In this document: positions 12,653-26,006 of the stretch, in pieces
Position numbering within the stretch: the first letter of the stretch is position 1
Layout of the letters: every line of letters starts with the position of its first letter
Assembly (NCBI GenBank): GCA_951406725.2
Contig: OX597816.1
Coordinates: 60,822,001 to 60,886,000, forward strand
Length of the DNA stretch: 64,000 bases
Direction of reading: 5' to 3'
DNA from: Octopus vulgaris
Lineage: Eukaryota
Made by a program: the position numbers and the translations under genes
The notes under the pieces: model-generated
What the model saw: only the letters and a program-made list of their open reading frames with translations
Databases searched by the model: none
What the model was told of the DNA's origin: nothing

Positions 12653-13479
12653 CTGAAAACAAAAATATGAAGAAGATAGAGTTTCACATAAAAGATACAA
12701 TACCAAAATGATGGAGTCTACACAAGTAGTGAAATATAGAAAATTATCATGCCAGTTGAAATGTTAACATAGATGTTTGAGAGAAATCTAAATACAAGTG
12801 TTTTACAGCTGGGGCATAACTCTCCGTTCAAAATTTACTGGAGACAATTCAATAAGAGATCCTCAGTACTGTCTTTCAACCAACTAGAAAGAATAATCAA
12901 ACCTCTCAAAATTGGAAGGAGATATTGGATAAGTGTAATCTAAGATAAACCATGTTTGCAAAGAAGGAATAGTAACGATTCGAACTTATAATTCTGCTGC
13001 TAGGTCTGATCTGGGGTTAAACAACAGCAACTTCCCTAGATAAGGGAGTGACATCAAACATTTAAATCAAACTCTGCTGTCATCATCTTTACACAAAATG
13101 GAATTTATACTAGCTTTATTTAAGAAATCTAAATTCTTTAACACAAAACAACATCCACTATGCAGGTGCTCAATGGATGGATGGACAGTAGTGGGGGACA
13201 AAACAACAGGTAAATTGAAGATTCTACAAAATTCATGGATGAATGCACGGTGGTCAAACTAATATCAAGAAACTGTGTTCAACAATAATAAACAAGTCAA
13301 CCAGGTCATAAAAAACATCCCAGAAAGCAGGGGAACTTTCAAGAATTTTATCTAAACGTCAGTCACACCTCAATATGCTTTCCAGCAAATTAATCTGAGA
13401 CAATCAAATTAAATACACAAACATATATAGAAGTATATAAAGATAAACCCAAAAATACACACCCACCCACATACATACA

Positions 13480-14180
13480 TACATATGTGAATTCAGTAGT
13501 GCTGTGAAATTCTTAGATCTGAAAAGAACATGAGATTTTTCAGAAACTCTCATACCATAGTGTTTAAAAACCTTTGTAGCTAACATTGATAATAGAATAT
13601 CAAATCTCTCTTCTTCTAAACAAATATCTGAAAAAGCAATGCCCTAGCTAACACTGGCTTCGAAGATATATTATAACCTTGCAAGTAAATATATGAACCA
13701 TAAAAATAGACCTAGGAAAACAATTTGGTCTCTTGTTTTCTCACTAAATGTCAAAACCAACATAGTCAAGAAATTCCTGCCTCTTTTAGATAAGCATTTC
13801 CTAGTAAACCACAAATACAGCAAGATTTTTAGCAGATGCTTGACTAAAGTATCATAATGCTGTTATGCCAAAATGAAGAACATTATCACTTGTAAGTATC
13901 AACAAGTGGCTACTCCTAGCAGTAACTATTAAGACCCTGTAGGTTGCCCACTTAACCAGGCATGTGATAAACTGTTGAATATGAGGGCCAAAGTAATAGC
14001 AACGCTTCAACGTAACCTACAGGATATGTGAAGGCAATTACAAAAGATATTATGCAAACCACCTATCTTCTTTCCAGCACATTGACTAAATTAAAGCCAC
14101 TAAGTTGGCTAGTCATGGATGGAGTTTGAAGACCAGCTGCACACCACATACAATCAAGCAGAGAATTGTAGAGAAATTCA
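13480..14180 (+). mobile_element. Penelope-like element relic (RT C-terminus into GIY-YIG)
   Basis: Degenerate translation NRISNLSSSKQI..NVKTNIVKKFLPLLDKHF..HKYSKIFSR..KVS, a typical PLE motif, with many stops. Confidence 0.7.
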
Positions 14181-14399
14181 TGCCCTCTGTGACCTGGTGT
14201 GGCAGAATCTACTAAGGTCATGATTGTCTACGGGAGCATATTGGAGAGCATCCAGCACATTGCTAACTGCATCCGCCAAAGCATCAAGTTAACTATAGAA
14301 TACCCCATTAGGTACCCTAACAATAAACTTCGTCCTTGACACAGCTTTGGTTGGTGACTGGGAACAGCAGAATGCAGTTCCTCCACTCCTATTACATGG

Positions 14400-15200
14400 A
14401 ACCATAGCTTCTAAATATTTTGTTCACAAGAATTCAGCTTTGTCACACAACATGAAAATCAACATACTGATAGCAGACTTAGGATAATGAACAATGCGTC
14501 CCCACTATGCAAACCCTATCAAACAAAGAAACACGTACAGAACTTCATGCACCACATGCAATTCTCTGGACATGTCCCGAAAGATAGGGTTTGGATATAC
14601 AGGGAAGCTAGAAAAAAGTTAGATAGCATTATATGCAATGAAACCAGTGGTACCTGCCCTAGATACTGAAATAAAGACTGGAATAAGACAAACAGAGTTT
14701 GTGACAAAGCAAACAGGGTGAATACATGGTACAAGGCTGACAAATATCGAGTGATGTTTGTAGAGACTACAGCCCATGGAGAACTAGCACAAAGATTTAG
14801 GTCAGCTCTGAAGGCAGCCAAATCATTGAAAAGCCTGGAAACTCCATCAGATCACAATTATATATAGAACATACCCCGTTGAGAATACCACACGCACCAA
14901 TGAAAACTGCATGGTATGTAAGATTAACCCTGGCGTTAACTGTAGAACTAGAAATGTAGTCTACAGCATAAGGTGCTTGTAAAGACAAGAACATGACATA
15001 CATTGGTGAGGGATCTAGAAGCATTGCAGAGAGACTAATAGAACATTTGAGACAATATGACAACAAAAAACAGTCCTCCATACTCAACCAACATGGAGGC
15101 ACACTGGGTCAACTTGACACCTACATTTTAACCAAGCACCTAAAGGACCCAACGCTCTGACAAATACAGGAGTATGTCCTCATAAATGTAACATCCCCAG
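14400..15200 (+). mobile_element. Second Penelope-like relic with GIY-YIG endonuclease
   Basis: HMQFSGH, MFVETTAHGELAQ, CRTRNVVYSI and TYIGEGSRSIAERLIEHL (VVY..YIG motif). Confidence 0.75.
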
Positions 15201-15427
15201 CACTAAATAGGAGATATACATAGAAGATAGTGATACCTCAATACCCACAGTTTATACATACACAGGTAGATTTGTTAGTAGGCTATTACGTAGAAACACG
15301 CATATATACATATATATATGTAGGTAAATGGAAATGTAAGTAAACAGATAAATAGATAGATAGGTACATAGGTAATACGGACAGACAAACATACAAACAC
15401 ACATATGTATATGTGTATATATATATT

Positions 15428-15634
15428 ACTCTTTTTACTCTTTTACTTGTTTCAGTCATTTGACTGCGGCCATGATGGAGCACCGCCTTTAGTCGAGCAA
15501 ATAGACCCCGGGACTTATTCTTTGTAAGCCCAGTACTTATTATATCGGTCTCTTTTGCCGAACCGCTAAGTGACGAGGACGTAAACACACCAGCATCAGT
15601 TGTCAAGCGATGTTGGGGGACAAACACAGACACA

Positions 15635-15682
<48 letters not shown>

Positions 15683-15850
15683 TACGACAGGCTTCTTTCA
15701 GTTTCCGTCTACCAAATCCACTCACATGGCATTGGTCGGCCCGGGGCTATAGCAGAAGACACTTGCCCAAGATGCCACGCAGTGGGACTGAACCTGGAAC
15801 CATGTGGTTGATTAGCAAGCTACTTACCACACAGCCACTCCTGCGCCTTA
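15428..15850 (-). mobile_element. tRNA-derived SINE family A with internal (TA)n
   Basis: Head AGGCGCAGGAGTGGCTGTGTGGTAAG..GGTTCAGTCCC and tail (GTAAAAGA)n. Other copies at about 26310-26565, 34125-34500, 37290-37470, 38250-38600, 50915-51235 and 56996-57357. Confidence 0.85.
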
Positions 15851-17081
15851 TATATATATATATGCATAAACACACATGCGCACAAACAAACAGAAAGAAT
15901 GCAGCTCCGATAAAGGACAAGAAACAATGAAAATTTTAGTAAAAATAAATGAGTGGAAATTGATCTGGTGAGTGTATTAATGAATAAGTCATTAAAACAG
16001 AATGACTCTTCCAAGACACAATTATATATATATATTTATTTATATAGATTGATTACATTCAGGACTATGTCAACAATTTGGTGATAAATGCCTGCCTTCA
16101 GCTGTACAAGCCTGGAACATGTGGCACTACTTATTACAAAATATGAAAACAGATGCTACCCGAGAGCAGAAAATATCTCCCTTCAGCATTAAATTTATCA
16201 AGGGAAGCAGCTCTTTCAGGCTTAATTGCAACATCATAGCAAAATCCCTACTGTAAGTAGGTTAACCCATAGCATGCTGTAGATCTCTCTTCTCAGTGCA
16301 ATACAATGTGCCTGCAGCTACAGGGGAGAAAACTTGTATGGCACTATAACACATCAGTTTGCTAAAGGTTAACATAATGCAGATATAAAGTAATAAGATA
16401 CTTTTTACAATAGACACAAGGCCTGAAGCTTGAGGGAGGGGCTTAGTCAATTGCTTCGATACCAGTGTTCAACTAGTGCCTCTTTTGCCCAGCATGCAAA
16501 CGATTCTGCCAGCTCACCACCTTCAATAATAATAATAATAAAATGATTTCCAATTTTGGCACAAAGCCTTGGAGAAGGGGTAAGTCAATTACATTGACCC
16601 CCAGTACTCAATTGGTATTTATTTTATTGACCCCCAAAAGGATGAAGGGCAAAACTCAGAACATAAAGGCAGATGAAATGCCGCTAAGCATTTTGCCTGG
16701 AATGCTAATGATTCTGCCAGGTTGCTGCCTTGGAGGGAGGGAGCAAGAAGAACTCTACAATATAAAGTGTTGTCAGAAGCAGAACACTGGGAAAGGGTTA
16801 TCTTTAGAGACATGATCAGAAAGGCTGCAACAGAGTGATCTACATCAAATGGTTAGATAGTGGTGTTAAACTGCCAAGCATATTACAGATGCTATCAAAG
16901 CAGGAGACTCTATGAGGTTGCTTGACCAACTGATGCAATAATCAGGTCAGATGTATTTACTAAGATACTGTTACAAAGGCTTAAGTCATTTCTGTAATCA
17001 TACTAGTTTCAGGTTCCAATAACAGAATGAAAGACAGTTATTTTTAGAAGAACAGTTAGGTAAATAGAATTGTTTACTTAC

Positions 17082-17185
17082 AGGGAGTCTCAAGTAGGGG
17101 CAGAAATGTCACAGTGGCTGTTATTTGTCGCATCACTGCTCTAATCTCTTCTCGAACTGTCTTTTCGCTCTTTGGAGCAGGATTA
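17082..17185 (-). CDS. MAD2L1: MAD2 exon 4 (104 nt)
   Basis: Acceptor TTGCAG, donor GTAAGT. Encodes (S)NPAPKSEKTVREEIRAVMRQITATVTFLPLLETP. Confidence 0.96.
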
Positions 17186-17755
17186 CTGCAATGAAGGACA
17201 ACAATTACAACAAACAGAAGGTAATATTAGCTCTTAGTGAATATAATGAGAGTTTAGAGAAGCTGTTGAAGAAGTTCAGAGCTATTAGCTCTGTTGATAA
17301 CAAAGGGTTTCTGTCTTTCTCACAATGCAAAAGGCAGACTATGAAGTGTGTGTATGTGAAAGATATGTGGTGTGACATGGTATTGAGGAATTTTGGAGAT
17401 AGGAGAGAAACGAATCAAATATGATCCATGAGCTGAGAAGTGGCTAGGAATTAAGAGCATCAACTGATGTATAAAAGAGAGATGATTGTGCTGCAAGGGA
17501 CAATAGAATGAGTGAGGAGTGCTGACAATAAAAATGTCAAGTGCTGATAATGGAAGATGAGAGAGCATCAGGTTTTAAAAAGATGAGTTTCACAAAAAAG
17601 ATGACTAAGACAACAGGCTTTACACTGTGTAAAAGACCCATACCACATGCTAAAATAGATAAGTGGAACTGTCATGCAATGCTATGATAAAATTGCATCT
17701 CAAAGACTAGGGTTCCTCTCAAAATCTTGACATAATACTTGAACTGCAAAAATAC

Positions 17756-17879
17756 CTGTTTTCTTTAGTGCCTGGACGGTCATCTTCTACATCAAACTGC
17801 CATCGTTCCAAGACTTCATTAGTATCAGCACATCGGATAACAACCACCAATTTTTCTAACATCATATTGGCCAACCATT
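17756..17879 (-). CDS. MAD2L1: MAD2 exon 3 (124 nt)
   Basis: Acceptor CTGTAG, donor GTATTT. Encodes (E)WLANMMLEKLVVVIRCADTNEVLERWQFDVEDDRPGTKEN. Confidence 0.96.
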
Positions 17880-18719
17880 CTACAGAAGAAGGAAAACAAA
17901 ATTTAAATTCATCCCTTAATACAAAAAATTGTAGGGTACTGGAGTATAATGTTATCAAAACATGGATATTCTTTTTATACTGGAACAGAACCTATCATTG
18001 TGTTCTAACTTCATCTTGTTATACTCGTCAATAAAAGACAAGAGTTTACTGGTATTTTAGTAATCTCTGGCAAAATCTGGATTACTTTAAAAATAAACTG
18101 GTGACAATGTATTGTTACTAGAAATGAAGAGAGAAAAAGGTTCATAGATTTTCATGTAATTTAGATATCATTAACAGACAAGCTCTAGCCTCTGGTCCAT
18201 GGGCAAAGTAATATTTCCCCTCAACCTTCAAACATGAACAGCACAATGGCTGGACATGAGTGCATGGACGATTGCAAAAAAACACTTACACTTAGTACAG
18301 ATATTCAGAAAAGGAAACACAAACACACGTATTTGTTTGTTCTTTCGTTTCTATGTATGTATATACATTACAATAGATTTCTTTCAGTGTCCCTTCTATA
18401 AGATCCACTCACAAGGCTTTGGTAGGCCTGAGACTATAATAGAAAGCACTTGCTCTAAAATGCTGTGCAGAAGGATTAAACCTGAAGCTAAGTGGTTATA
18501 GAGAAAATTTCTTCATACAGCCATGCCTGCACCTAAACTGCTCTTCAAAACTATAAAGCCAGAGTACCATGTTTTTTCTGGTGAACTATACTACTTAAAT
18601 TCAAGAAACTCACCTCTAGATAGGAAATGGAATAGCAGGCAGCATTGCAAATTTCAAATTTATTGAAATCCAAAAATAAATTAGATAATAATTAAAAAAA
18701 AACATAGAGAGCCAGAAAC

Positions 18720-19955
18720 CCTCCTATTCAAAACTATAATGCCAGGTTGAATAATGATGCAAAACAGGAAATTATGATTTCAATGATATTCTCATGCAAT
18801 ACATCAATAATAGTGTGTTTGACCACCATCTTTCTGAATTACTTCAAAGACAAGCGATTTCATGCTCCCAATCAACTTCTGCAGCAGATCAAGTAGAAGC
18901 TCTTCCCAGGCCTTCTTTATAGCCGTTTTTGAGTTCATCAAGAGATGAATATTGCTTGCCTTCACTGTACACAGCATTCACGAGATATCCCCAGGCATTC
19001 TCTATAGGATTAAAATCAGGACTTCTAGCTGGTCATGGCATAACTTCAACCTCAATTGCATGGAGGAAATCCAAAGTTGCCTTTGCTTTATGAATAGGAG
19101 CATTGTCCGGTTGAAATATGAAGTTCTTGCCCTCTTCCTTCTTCATCAATGACAAGTGGCAGATATTGCTCCCCACACCATAATACCTCCTCCACTGTTC
19201 TGCCACTTGGAATAAGACTTATAACCATCAGGGCCATCCAAATTCCATTTTTTCTCATCAAAGAACAGAACCCTGGTCCATTCACCATCCCACATCTGAT
19301 GCTGCTGAGCAAACTCCAATCTAGCAGCTTTGTAGGAAAGGGACAATAACATACGACCTAGCTGCACTTCTTCATGTGGAAACCATGGTTCAAAATCACT
19401 CTTCTTACGGTGAATGTCAAAGTTCCTATTCCTTCTGATGCCTTGATTTTGGAAACAGAAAAGTTGCAAGACTTCACAGCTCTGACAATGGCCCTTTTTA
19501 TCCCTTTCTGATGAAGCCTTGGGATGTCCACCAGCATGAACCCCGTTGTACCCATCAGGATCTTTCAGAAAATTGTCCACTAGCATTCTGCTTCGCCGAA
19601 TTTCCTTGGCAATCTTCTGGTTACTCATCCCTTTTGCTTTCAGTGCAATAATCGTCCCTTGTTCAATTTTATATTGGAAATGTAATCTGGATCATGGAGA
19701 ATATGATTGAGTAGAATACTTTCTGAAACAATCTGGAAAGAAGTGAAAATATATTAGTGGCTTTAGTGTTGATTTGCTACGAAAAATTGGAAAATCAGCT
19801 GTTTTAACGTGATAATATAGGTAGGAAGTTTACATTTCAAAATATTCATGAAATGCCTATTTACAATATATTATGCCCCTTAGTACACTTAAATACAGAG
19901 CTAAATTTCTAAATAACTTAAAAGAAATGTGGTTCTATAGTACTGAATATTAGTT
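18720..19955 (-). mobile_element. Tc1/Tc3-like transposon relic in MAD2 intron 2
   Basis: MSNQKIAKEIRRS, ARLEFAQQH, VLFFDEKKWNLDGPDG, GGGIMVWGAIS and a WP..SPDFNPIE-like motif. The TIR limits are approximate. Confidence 0.85.
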
Positions 19956-20840
19956 TATATGTATCTTAATTCTAATTTCAGTGGTTTCCTGTCAAGCTGC
20001 ATGATTTCAATGTGTACCATCATGGATCTAACTGACCTCTGATGTACACTATCAATTCTAATGTACATCAAGGTTTTGGTATGTTTCCCACTCTTCCAAA
20101 CATATATTACAACTTACTTTTTTCATCTCCTCTAACAACACACACTCCTATGTAAACAATACTACCCTTCGCTCATCCTTAATTTCTGCACTTAAATGAA
20201 ACTTCCAGACACATATACAATGTCCTTGGAAACACAACAATCTAGTCTTTTCCCACAATACAGATGTTATTGTTACCAACATCATCCTTTTACATATTCT
20301 CCTTACGATCTGGTTCAGACTTTATTCAAAGATACTGCCCTCCAAAATAGATCAGATAACTATGTTTCAGCTGTACATTCCATTTTTGGAATGGTTTCTA
20401 CAGTTGGATGCCCCTTCTAACTAAAACAACCTTTACTGGGTGCATTTTACTGAGGTATTGGCACTAGGGGAGCTATCATGTCCTCATTGCTGCTAGAGTG
20501 CTTTCTATTTTACACTGACTTTATTTGGTTGCTAGCCACTTTATATTGTGCATTATATGCATTTTATTGTGGCACCAACACTTGAGTTGTTGCTTAGTTC
20601 TCTGTTCTTTTCAAGGTGAATTTCCATCAAATCACATTACCATTTAAAATAACATTAAAAGGACACATTTGATAAGGTAACCCTAAATATACAATACATG
20701 AAAATAAGATGGGACAGTCATAACTGGAACACTTTTCATCATAGGTTTGCTCAGAGTTGATCAGGGTCTAAAATAACAACACTGTAGTTAGATAAAACAT
20801 CTTAAAGGGAAATATTTTGGCTACTTCAGTAACATTTTAC

Positions 20841-20987
20841 CTTTGACATGTGACATTATATCATCAAAGTATTTCTTCAGTTCTTCAATTTCAAACACAA
20901 ACAAGGACAACCCAAATTTCTTTTCCTCTGAAAAAGATTCTGGGGGATAGATTCCACGTTGATAAAGAATATTGTTGACACCATAAT
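20841..20987 (-). CDS. MAD2L1: MAD2 exon 2 (147 nt)
   Basis: Acceptor TTTTTAG, donor GTAAAA. Encodes (Y)YGVNNILYQRGIYPPESFSEEKKFGLSLFVFEIEELKKYFDDIMSHVK. Confidence 0.96.
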
Positions 20988-23300
20988 CTAAAAAGAAACA
21001 AAATACAGAAATGGATTTTCTAATTTAAGGTATCAATTTTTTTTTTATTATACAAGTTTTTATCCATTTGATGGAAAAAATATCCCCACATTTTTCTTAA
21101 AAAAAAAACAAACTAAATTTCAAACATATCTTTGAAAAAATGTCTAAGTTGTTAATTTTCTGATCTACAGATCACATCTTTAGAGATATTTGTACTGTAG
21201 GTACTCATATCTCTCCATTGGGATTTTAAGAGAAAGTTACCACTGCCTTTTGAAGTACTAAAGGGAAGCTATCACCTTTTACTCCATCTGAATTTTTTTT
21301 TATACCATAGATTGATATATTCTATTTAATATCTACGTATGCCTTCTACTTCTTGCTTACCTGCTCTAGTGGGCCACTAAATTCTTGCACTTTATCTTTG
21401 GCATTTTCTGTCTTCAATATTATAAAAATGCACGTTTATATCCTTTTTAGACCTTATCCAATAACTATATTTATTTGTGATCATGTGTTTGTTAATTAGT
21501 CATATGTTTACTTCTGCCTGCCACATTTGTCTCTCTCTCTCTCCTAATTAAACCAACTTCAGCTGTCATTTATTTATACAGCTTCCTTTAATTTTTCTGA
21601 GGAGATTGTCATGCAACTACTTGTCCATCTTTTATTTTATTACACACACACAGGGGTTGTACAAAACAATGGAAACACCATTTTTATTTAACTACACTCT
21701 CGGAGTGGTTGACATCAGGAAGGGCATCCAGCTGTAGAAACCTTGCCAGATCAGATTGAAGCCTAGTGCAGCCTCCTGGTTTGCCAGTCCTCTGTCAAAC
21801 CATCCGATCCATGTCAGCATGGAAAGTGGACGTTAAACGGTGATGATGATTTCATCTATAGGAAATCTTACAAATTCAAAATAAATGTCTCTATGTCTTG
21901 TAATTCATAATACAGCAATATGTTTCGGGGGAGGGGGAGATATCACATTTAACTTAATGCATAACTTGGCCGGTCATGTATATGTAAATTTGGTAATTGG
22001 AAACTACATGCAGAAAGGAGTAGGTAGAAATTCTATATGATGTACCCCATGTTTTTTGAGTGCAAAGTGTGATCACAGACAGACTAACAAAAGATGACTT
22101 CATAAGTCGTAGGTGTGAGAGAATAATTAGCAGTAAGAGCACAATTAAATAAATTCTTTCAAATATTAAAAAAATATATATATAAAATAAACCAGGAGGA
22201 GAATAAGAGCCAGAACCTGATAGATACCTACCTGCACACTACATTCCTCACTGAACTCATTATTAACTCTCCTCTTTCTCTTTCCTTTATGATTGTTAGC
22301 TTGTTTAAATTTCTCCCCTAAATCTTATGTTTGTCTCCATGAGATCTGAGGCTTGATTATCCATGATATGGCCACTCTTACCTATCCTTGCTACCTATAC
22401 TAAGGTCTCTCTTATTTCTTTTTCTTGATTAGTAGCAAGCCATTCTCTATGGCTGTACTCAGTTCATCACCCCATATGTGGGTACAACTAGGTCCCAGCC
22501 AGCACCAGTGAAGAGTTATAGTTCACATTATAAAGTGCTCATCATTGCATTAGGGCCTTTGGAATCCTATTCTATTTAATGTTTAATTCCTGATTTTATT
22601 TGTTGATTAAAATTTGAAGAGCAGCTGATGTAGCACATACAGCAAGTGTTGAAGAATAAAGAAATGAATGAATGAATGGATAGCAACTTTAATGAAAGGG
22701 AAAAAATTAATCATGTGTGTAAATCTAATACCTAATCGCCCAGCACAGTTCAACTTCTCTTATTCCTCGTAGGTACAGATGTAATCAGAGTGTGAACAAC
22801 AAAGAACTAGGCAACCTCACCAAAAACAGGTTCCCTTCTTCTATAGGTTCCCTAACATTAGGATAGCAACTTTATATATATAGATGCAATGAAAGAGATC
22901 TTCAGTCAAACTCCTCGTGGGTTGGAGGCAGCAGTTCAAACTCTAGTTGGTGAGCAATGGTGATAGCAGAGGTGGCATAGTTATACTGATAGCTGAGAGG
23001 TAGGAAGATAAAGTAATGGAGGTAGACAGGTGTGCTTTCAAAGACACCTACTCTATTGCTGACACTTATCAAAGATTCTTTTCCACTTAAAAATTGAAGA
23101 TTCTGAAAACCCCCAAAACACGTTTTCAAAATTTTAATTTTCCCTATCTACACCCCTCTGGAAAAGAAAAAAAAAGTGGGGGCTAGGGTTAACCCTAAAA
23201 TTTTTGCAATCTGATTCATCGTTTAGCTGCTGTTTCTAGCATGTCGAGTTTTCTGTTTAGATACTTATGTCTGCTATTTTAGTAGGAGGGGAGATGTGTT

Positions 23301-23820
23301 GGATCTTTTTGGTTTGAACGGCAGTTTTTTAAAATATTTTCCACATAACTAAACACTTTTAAACTTCATATACTGGTAGAATGTGTTTATAAAACATCTT
23401 TTTCTCTTGGCTTTATTGAGAAAATTCTATAGTTTGTAAGATATTTGTTGGTTTTTTTCTTCAATTTCTGCAATTTCAACCAATCAATGACGTCTATTGA
23501 GGTAAAAAAAACACACATTCTGTGCCATATGAATATGTCCCTCCCTTAAGAAACAGGGGTTCAAAATTTTGAAATGCGGATTTGTTTTGCAGATTTGGAA
23601 TCTCCGCAGTCGAAAAGATGGGTTTCTGTAGAACCACCTACCCCAAAGGGGTATGTCCTTTACCTCTGCCAGGCAGGGGGAGTAGGAATTAAAATTTTGA
23701 AATGCCGATTTTTTTTTGCACATTCATAATCTCCACAGTCAAAAAAGATGGGTTTCTGTAGTGGGGGGAAAAAGTTGACGGTAGGGGTGTGCAGTCCAAG
23801 TCCTTTACTTCCGCCTGCCT
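23301..23820 (+). mobile_element. Diverged single-arm relative of the 53-842 foldback element, with an internal tandem duplication
   Basis: GGATCTTTT..TTTGAACGGCA..AACTAAACACTTTTAAACTTC..TTGGCTTTATTGAGAAAATTCTAT matches the arm. AAAATTTTGAAATGC..GATGGGTTTCTGTAG occurs twice. Confidence 0.8.
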
Positions 23821-25445
23821 GTTTTCATGTCAACAGTACAAATTATAACCACAGTGTGTTCTACTTTCAAATTCACTTCATTTCCTAGATAGAATTACAA
23901 ATAGGTGTTTATTGTTGACTCATACAATGTTCTCATAGGATTCTGACTTAAAGAGTTCAAATCTAGTTACTTCATGAAAAGTTTTGAATTATTTTGGTCA
24001 CCTGGACAGAATCAGAATAGCAAAGTGTTCCAAGTCATGACCATCTCGACATTTTTTAAGACAATAGGATGATTTGAGCGAGATTTGGCACCCATTTCTA
24101 GCAAGTCGAGCGACTTCGTAGAGGCTTCCCCGTTCGTTCGATGTTACTTTATTTATGTTTATACTATTTTGGTGTTTAGCCATTCAGTCCTTCTCTCCGA
24201 CATGGTGCATTTAAGGCAACATCATCCACTGAGTTATCTCCTTTTCAAGCTGGTAAATTTGGTTGCTATTTCTAACAAGCCAAACGATCGCGTAAGGAAC
24301 TGCTGTCTCATGTTCTCTCGTTTATGACTGACAGTGATCTGTTGCAACTAGAGAGGTGGCTATGAGTATCAAGAGATAAGACCCTGTCTGGGTATCCGCA
24401 TCCCATTCAAATGCTGTGGGTGCGGCTTTGAACCCGTTTTTGTCAAACGTCATTTTGAAGCTGAAAATTAGTATGGTGCTGGCTGAAATCAAGGCATTTT
24501 TTTCTTTATCGCGATGATTATATAACTTGCCTTAGAAGTTCAAGCATTGCCTAAAGGGTTGCCCTTGAAAATAATTACACGTAAGGAAGTTTTCCTGACT
24601 GTAGCGGTCGTTGTTAACAAAATAACAACCAATTCCATTTACTTTTTAATTACAAACCAACGAGGAAGCCTCTTCGTGATCACTGGTCCTGCTAAAAATA
24701 ACAGCCAAATCACACTATCGTCTATAAAAAAAGAACGCAGATAATATATAGGGCAAGACTTCCTTTTGTAACCCCTCCCCCCTTAATTTTTTTTTTTTTT
24801 TACCTTTGGGAACAGGTCTTTACATATATAGTATTAGATACACAAGCACCGAATAAAAGACAAAATGCTTGTGTCTGAAATGCCTTGAGTAAATCTACTG
24901 ACTTAGGGATCAGCAATAACATCTCAAATATGTCGGTATTGTTTAGTGAAATAGATTAGACTGAAGTGCTCAGCAAATGTCGTTTGAGGGTAGACCTTTG
25001 ATAAAGAATTTAATTTTGCAATCTTCTATTTATTTTAGGTTAATAATTAATTAGGATGCGAGGAAGGAAGAAACACAGAATGCAATAAACTCGTAATATA
25101 TCTATCTCGTATTTGTAGTCAGACAAGAAATGGTTAGTCGTTAGACGAATAAAGGAAGACCGGAATTATAATTGAAACACCATAGCAAGAAAAAAAAAAC
25201 TTGGCCTTTACACAATTACTAAGTCCTTAAATGTTGAAATATTGATACGACTTGCATAACTAACCAGCTCCTAGAATAGATTTAATAAGAAAGAATAAAG
25301 GCTGAAAGGACGACATTAATTAATAACATGATCATGGACGAAGGAAAAAGTGTTAAAAGGCTAACTAACACAAAAATTAGGGAAATTGAGGTTAATAACT
25401 AGAAAAACAGATGCTATAGTAGAAAGCGAAGAATATTCAACTTAC

Positions 25446-25515
25446 AAAAGTATTCAGCAACAATATCTGTGGAACCTTTTAATTTAATTGCATCAACAAC
25501 TTGAGTACCCGCCAT
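25446..25515 (-). CDS. MAD2L1: MAD2 exon 1 (coding part, 70 nt)
   Basis: AAAATGGCG start context. Encodes MAGTQVVDAIKLKGSTDIVAEYF. Donor GTAAGT. The five exons sum to 612 nt in frame. Confidence 0.93.
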
Positions 25516-25574
25516 TTTTTTCAAATTTCCAAACTTACTGGCGCTCTCTGTTGTTGGAGAGTTACTTCCCTTTT
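25516..25574 (-). promoter_or_regulatory. MAD2 proximal promoter/5'UTR with CHR-like TTTGAA
   Basis: The minus strand reads GAGCGCCAGTAAGTTTGGAAATTTGAAAAAAATG, with TTTGAA at 25520-25525. The context retains CpGs. Confidence 0.4.
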
Positions 25575-25592
25575 TACCGAACTATTTCTTTA

Positions 25593-26006
25593 TTGCCCAC
25601 AAAGGGCTAAACATAGAGAGGACAAACAAGGACAGACTAACGGATTAAGTCCATTACATCGACCTCAGTGCGTAACTGGTACTTATTTAATCGACCTCGA
25701 AAGGATGAAAGGCAAAGTCGACCTCGGCGGAATTTGAACTCAGAACGTAACGGCAGACGAAATACCTATTTCTATGTCTTTACTACCCACAAGGGGCTAA
25801 ACACAGAGAGGACAAACAAGGACAGACAAACGGATTAAGACGATTATATCGACCTCAGTGCGTAACTGGTACTTATTTAATCGACCCCGAAAGGATGAAA
25901 GGCAAAGTCGACCTCGGCGGAATTTGAACTCAGAACGTAACGGCAGACGAAATACGGCTACGCATTTCGCGCTGCGTGCTAACGATTCTGCCAGCTCGCC
26001 GCCTTA
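25593..26006 (-). mobile_element. Young tRNA-derived SINE family B with internally duplicated body and 18-bp TSD
   Basis: Head GGCGGCGAGCTGGCAGAATCGTTAG..GAGTTCAAATTCC. A ~190-bp segment is present twice. TSD TACCGAACTATTTCTTTA at 25575-25592 and 26007-26024. Older copies at about 16400-16730, 40565-40915, 41715-41920, 45865-46050, 52735-52945 and 62089-62465. Confidence 0.9.

Noticed and set aside
16080-16380. Coding-like stretch considered as a MAD2 exon
   Set aside because: It has stops and no HORMA similarity, and the true exon 4 is at 17082-17185. It is probably a TE relic.
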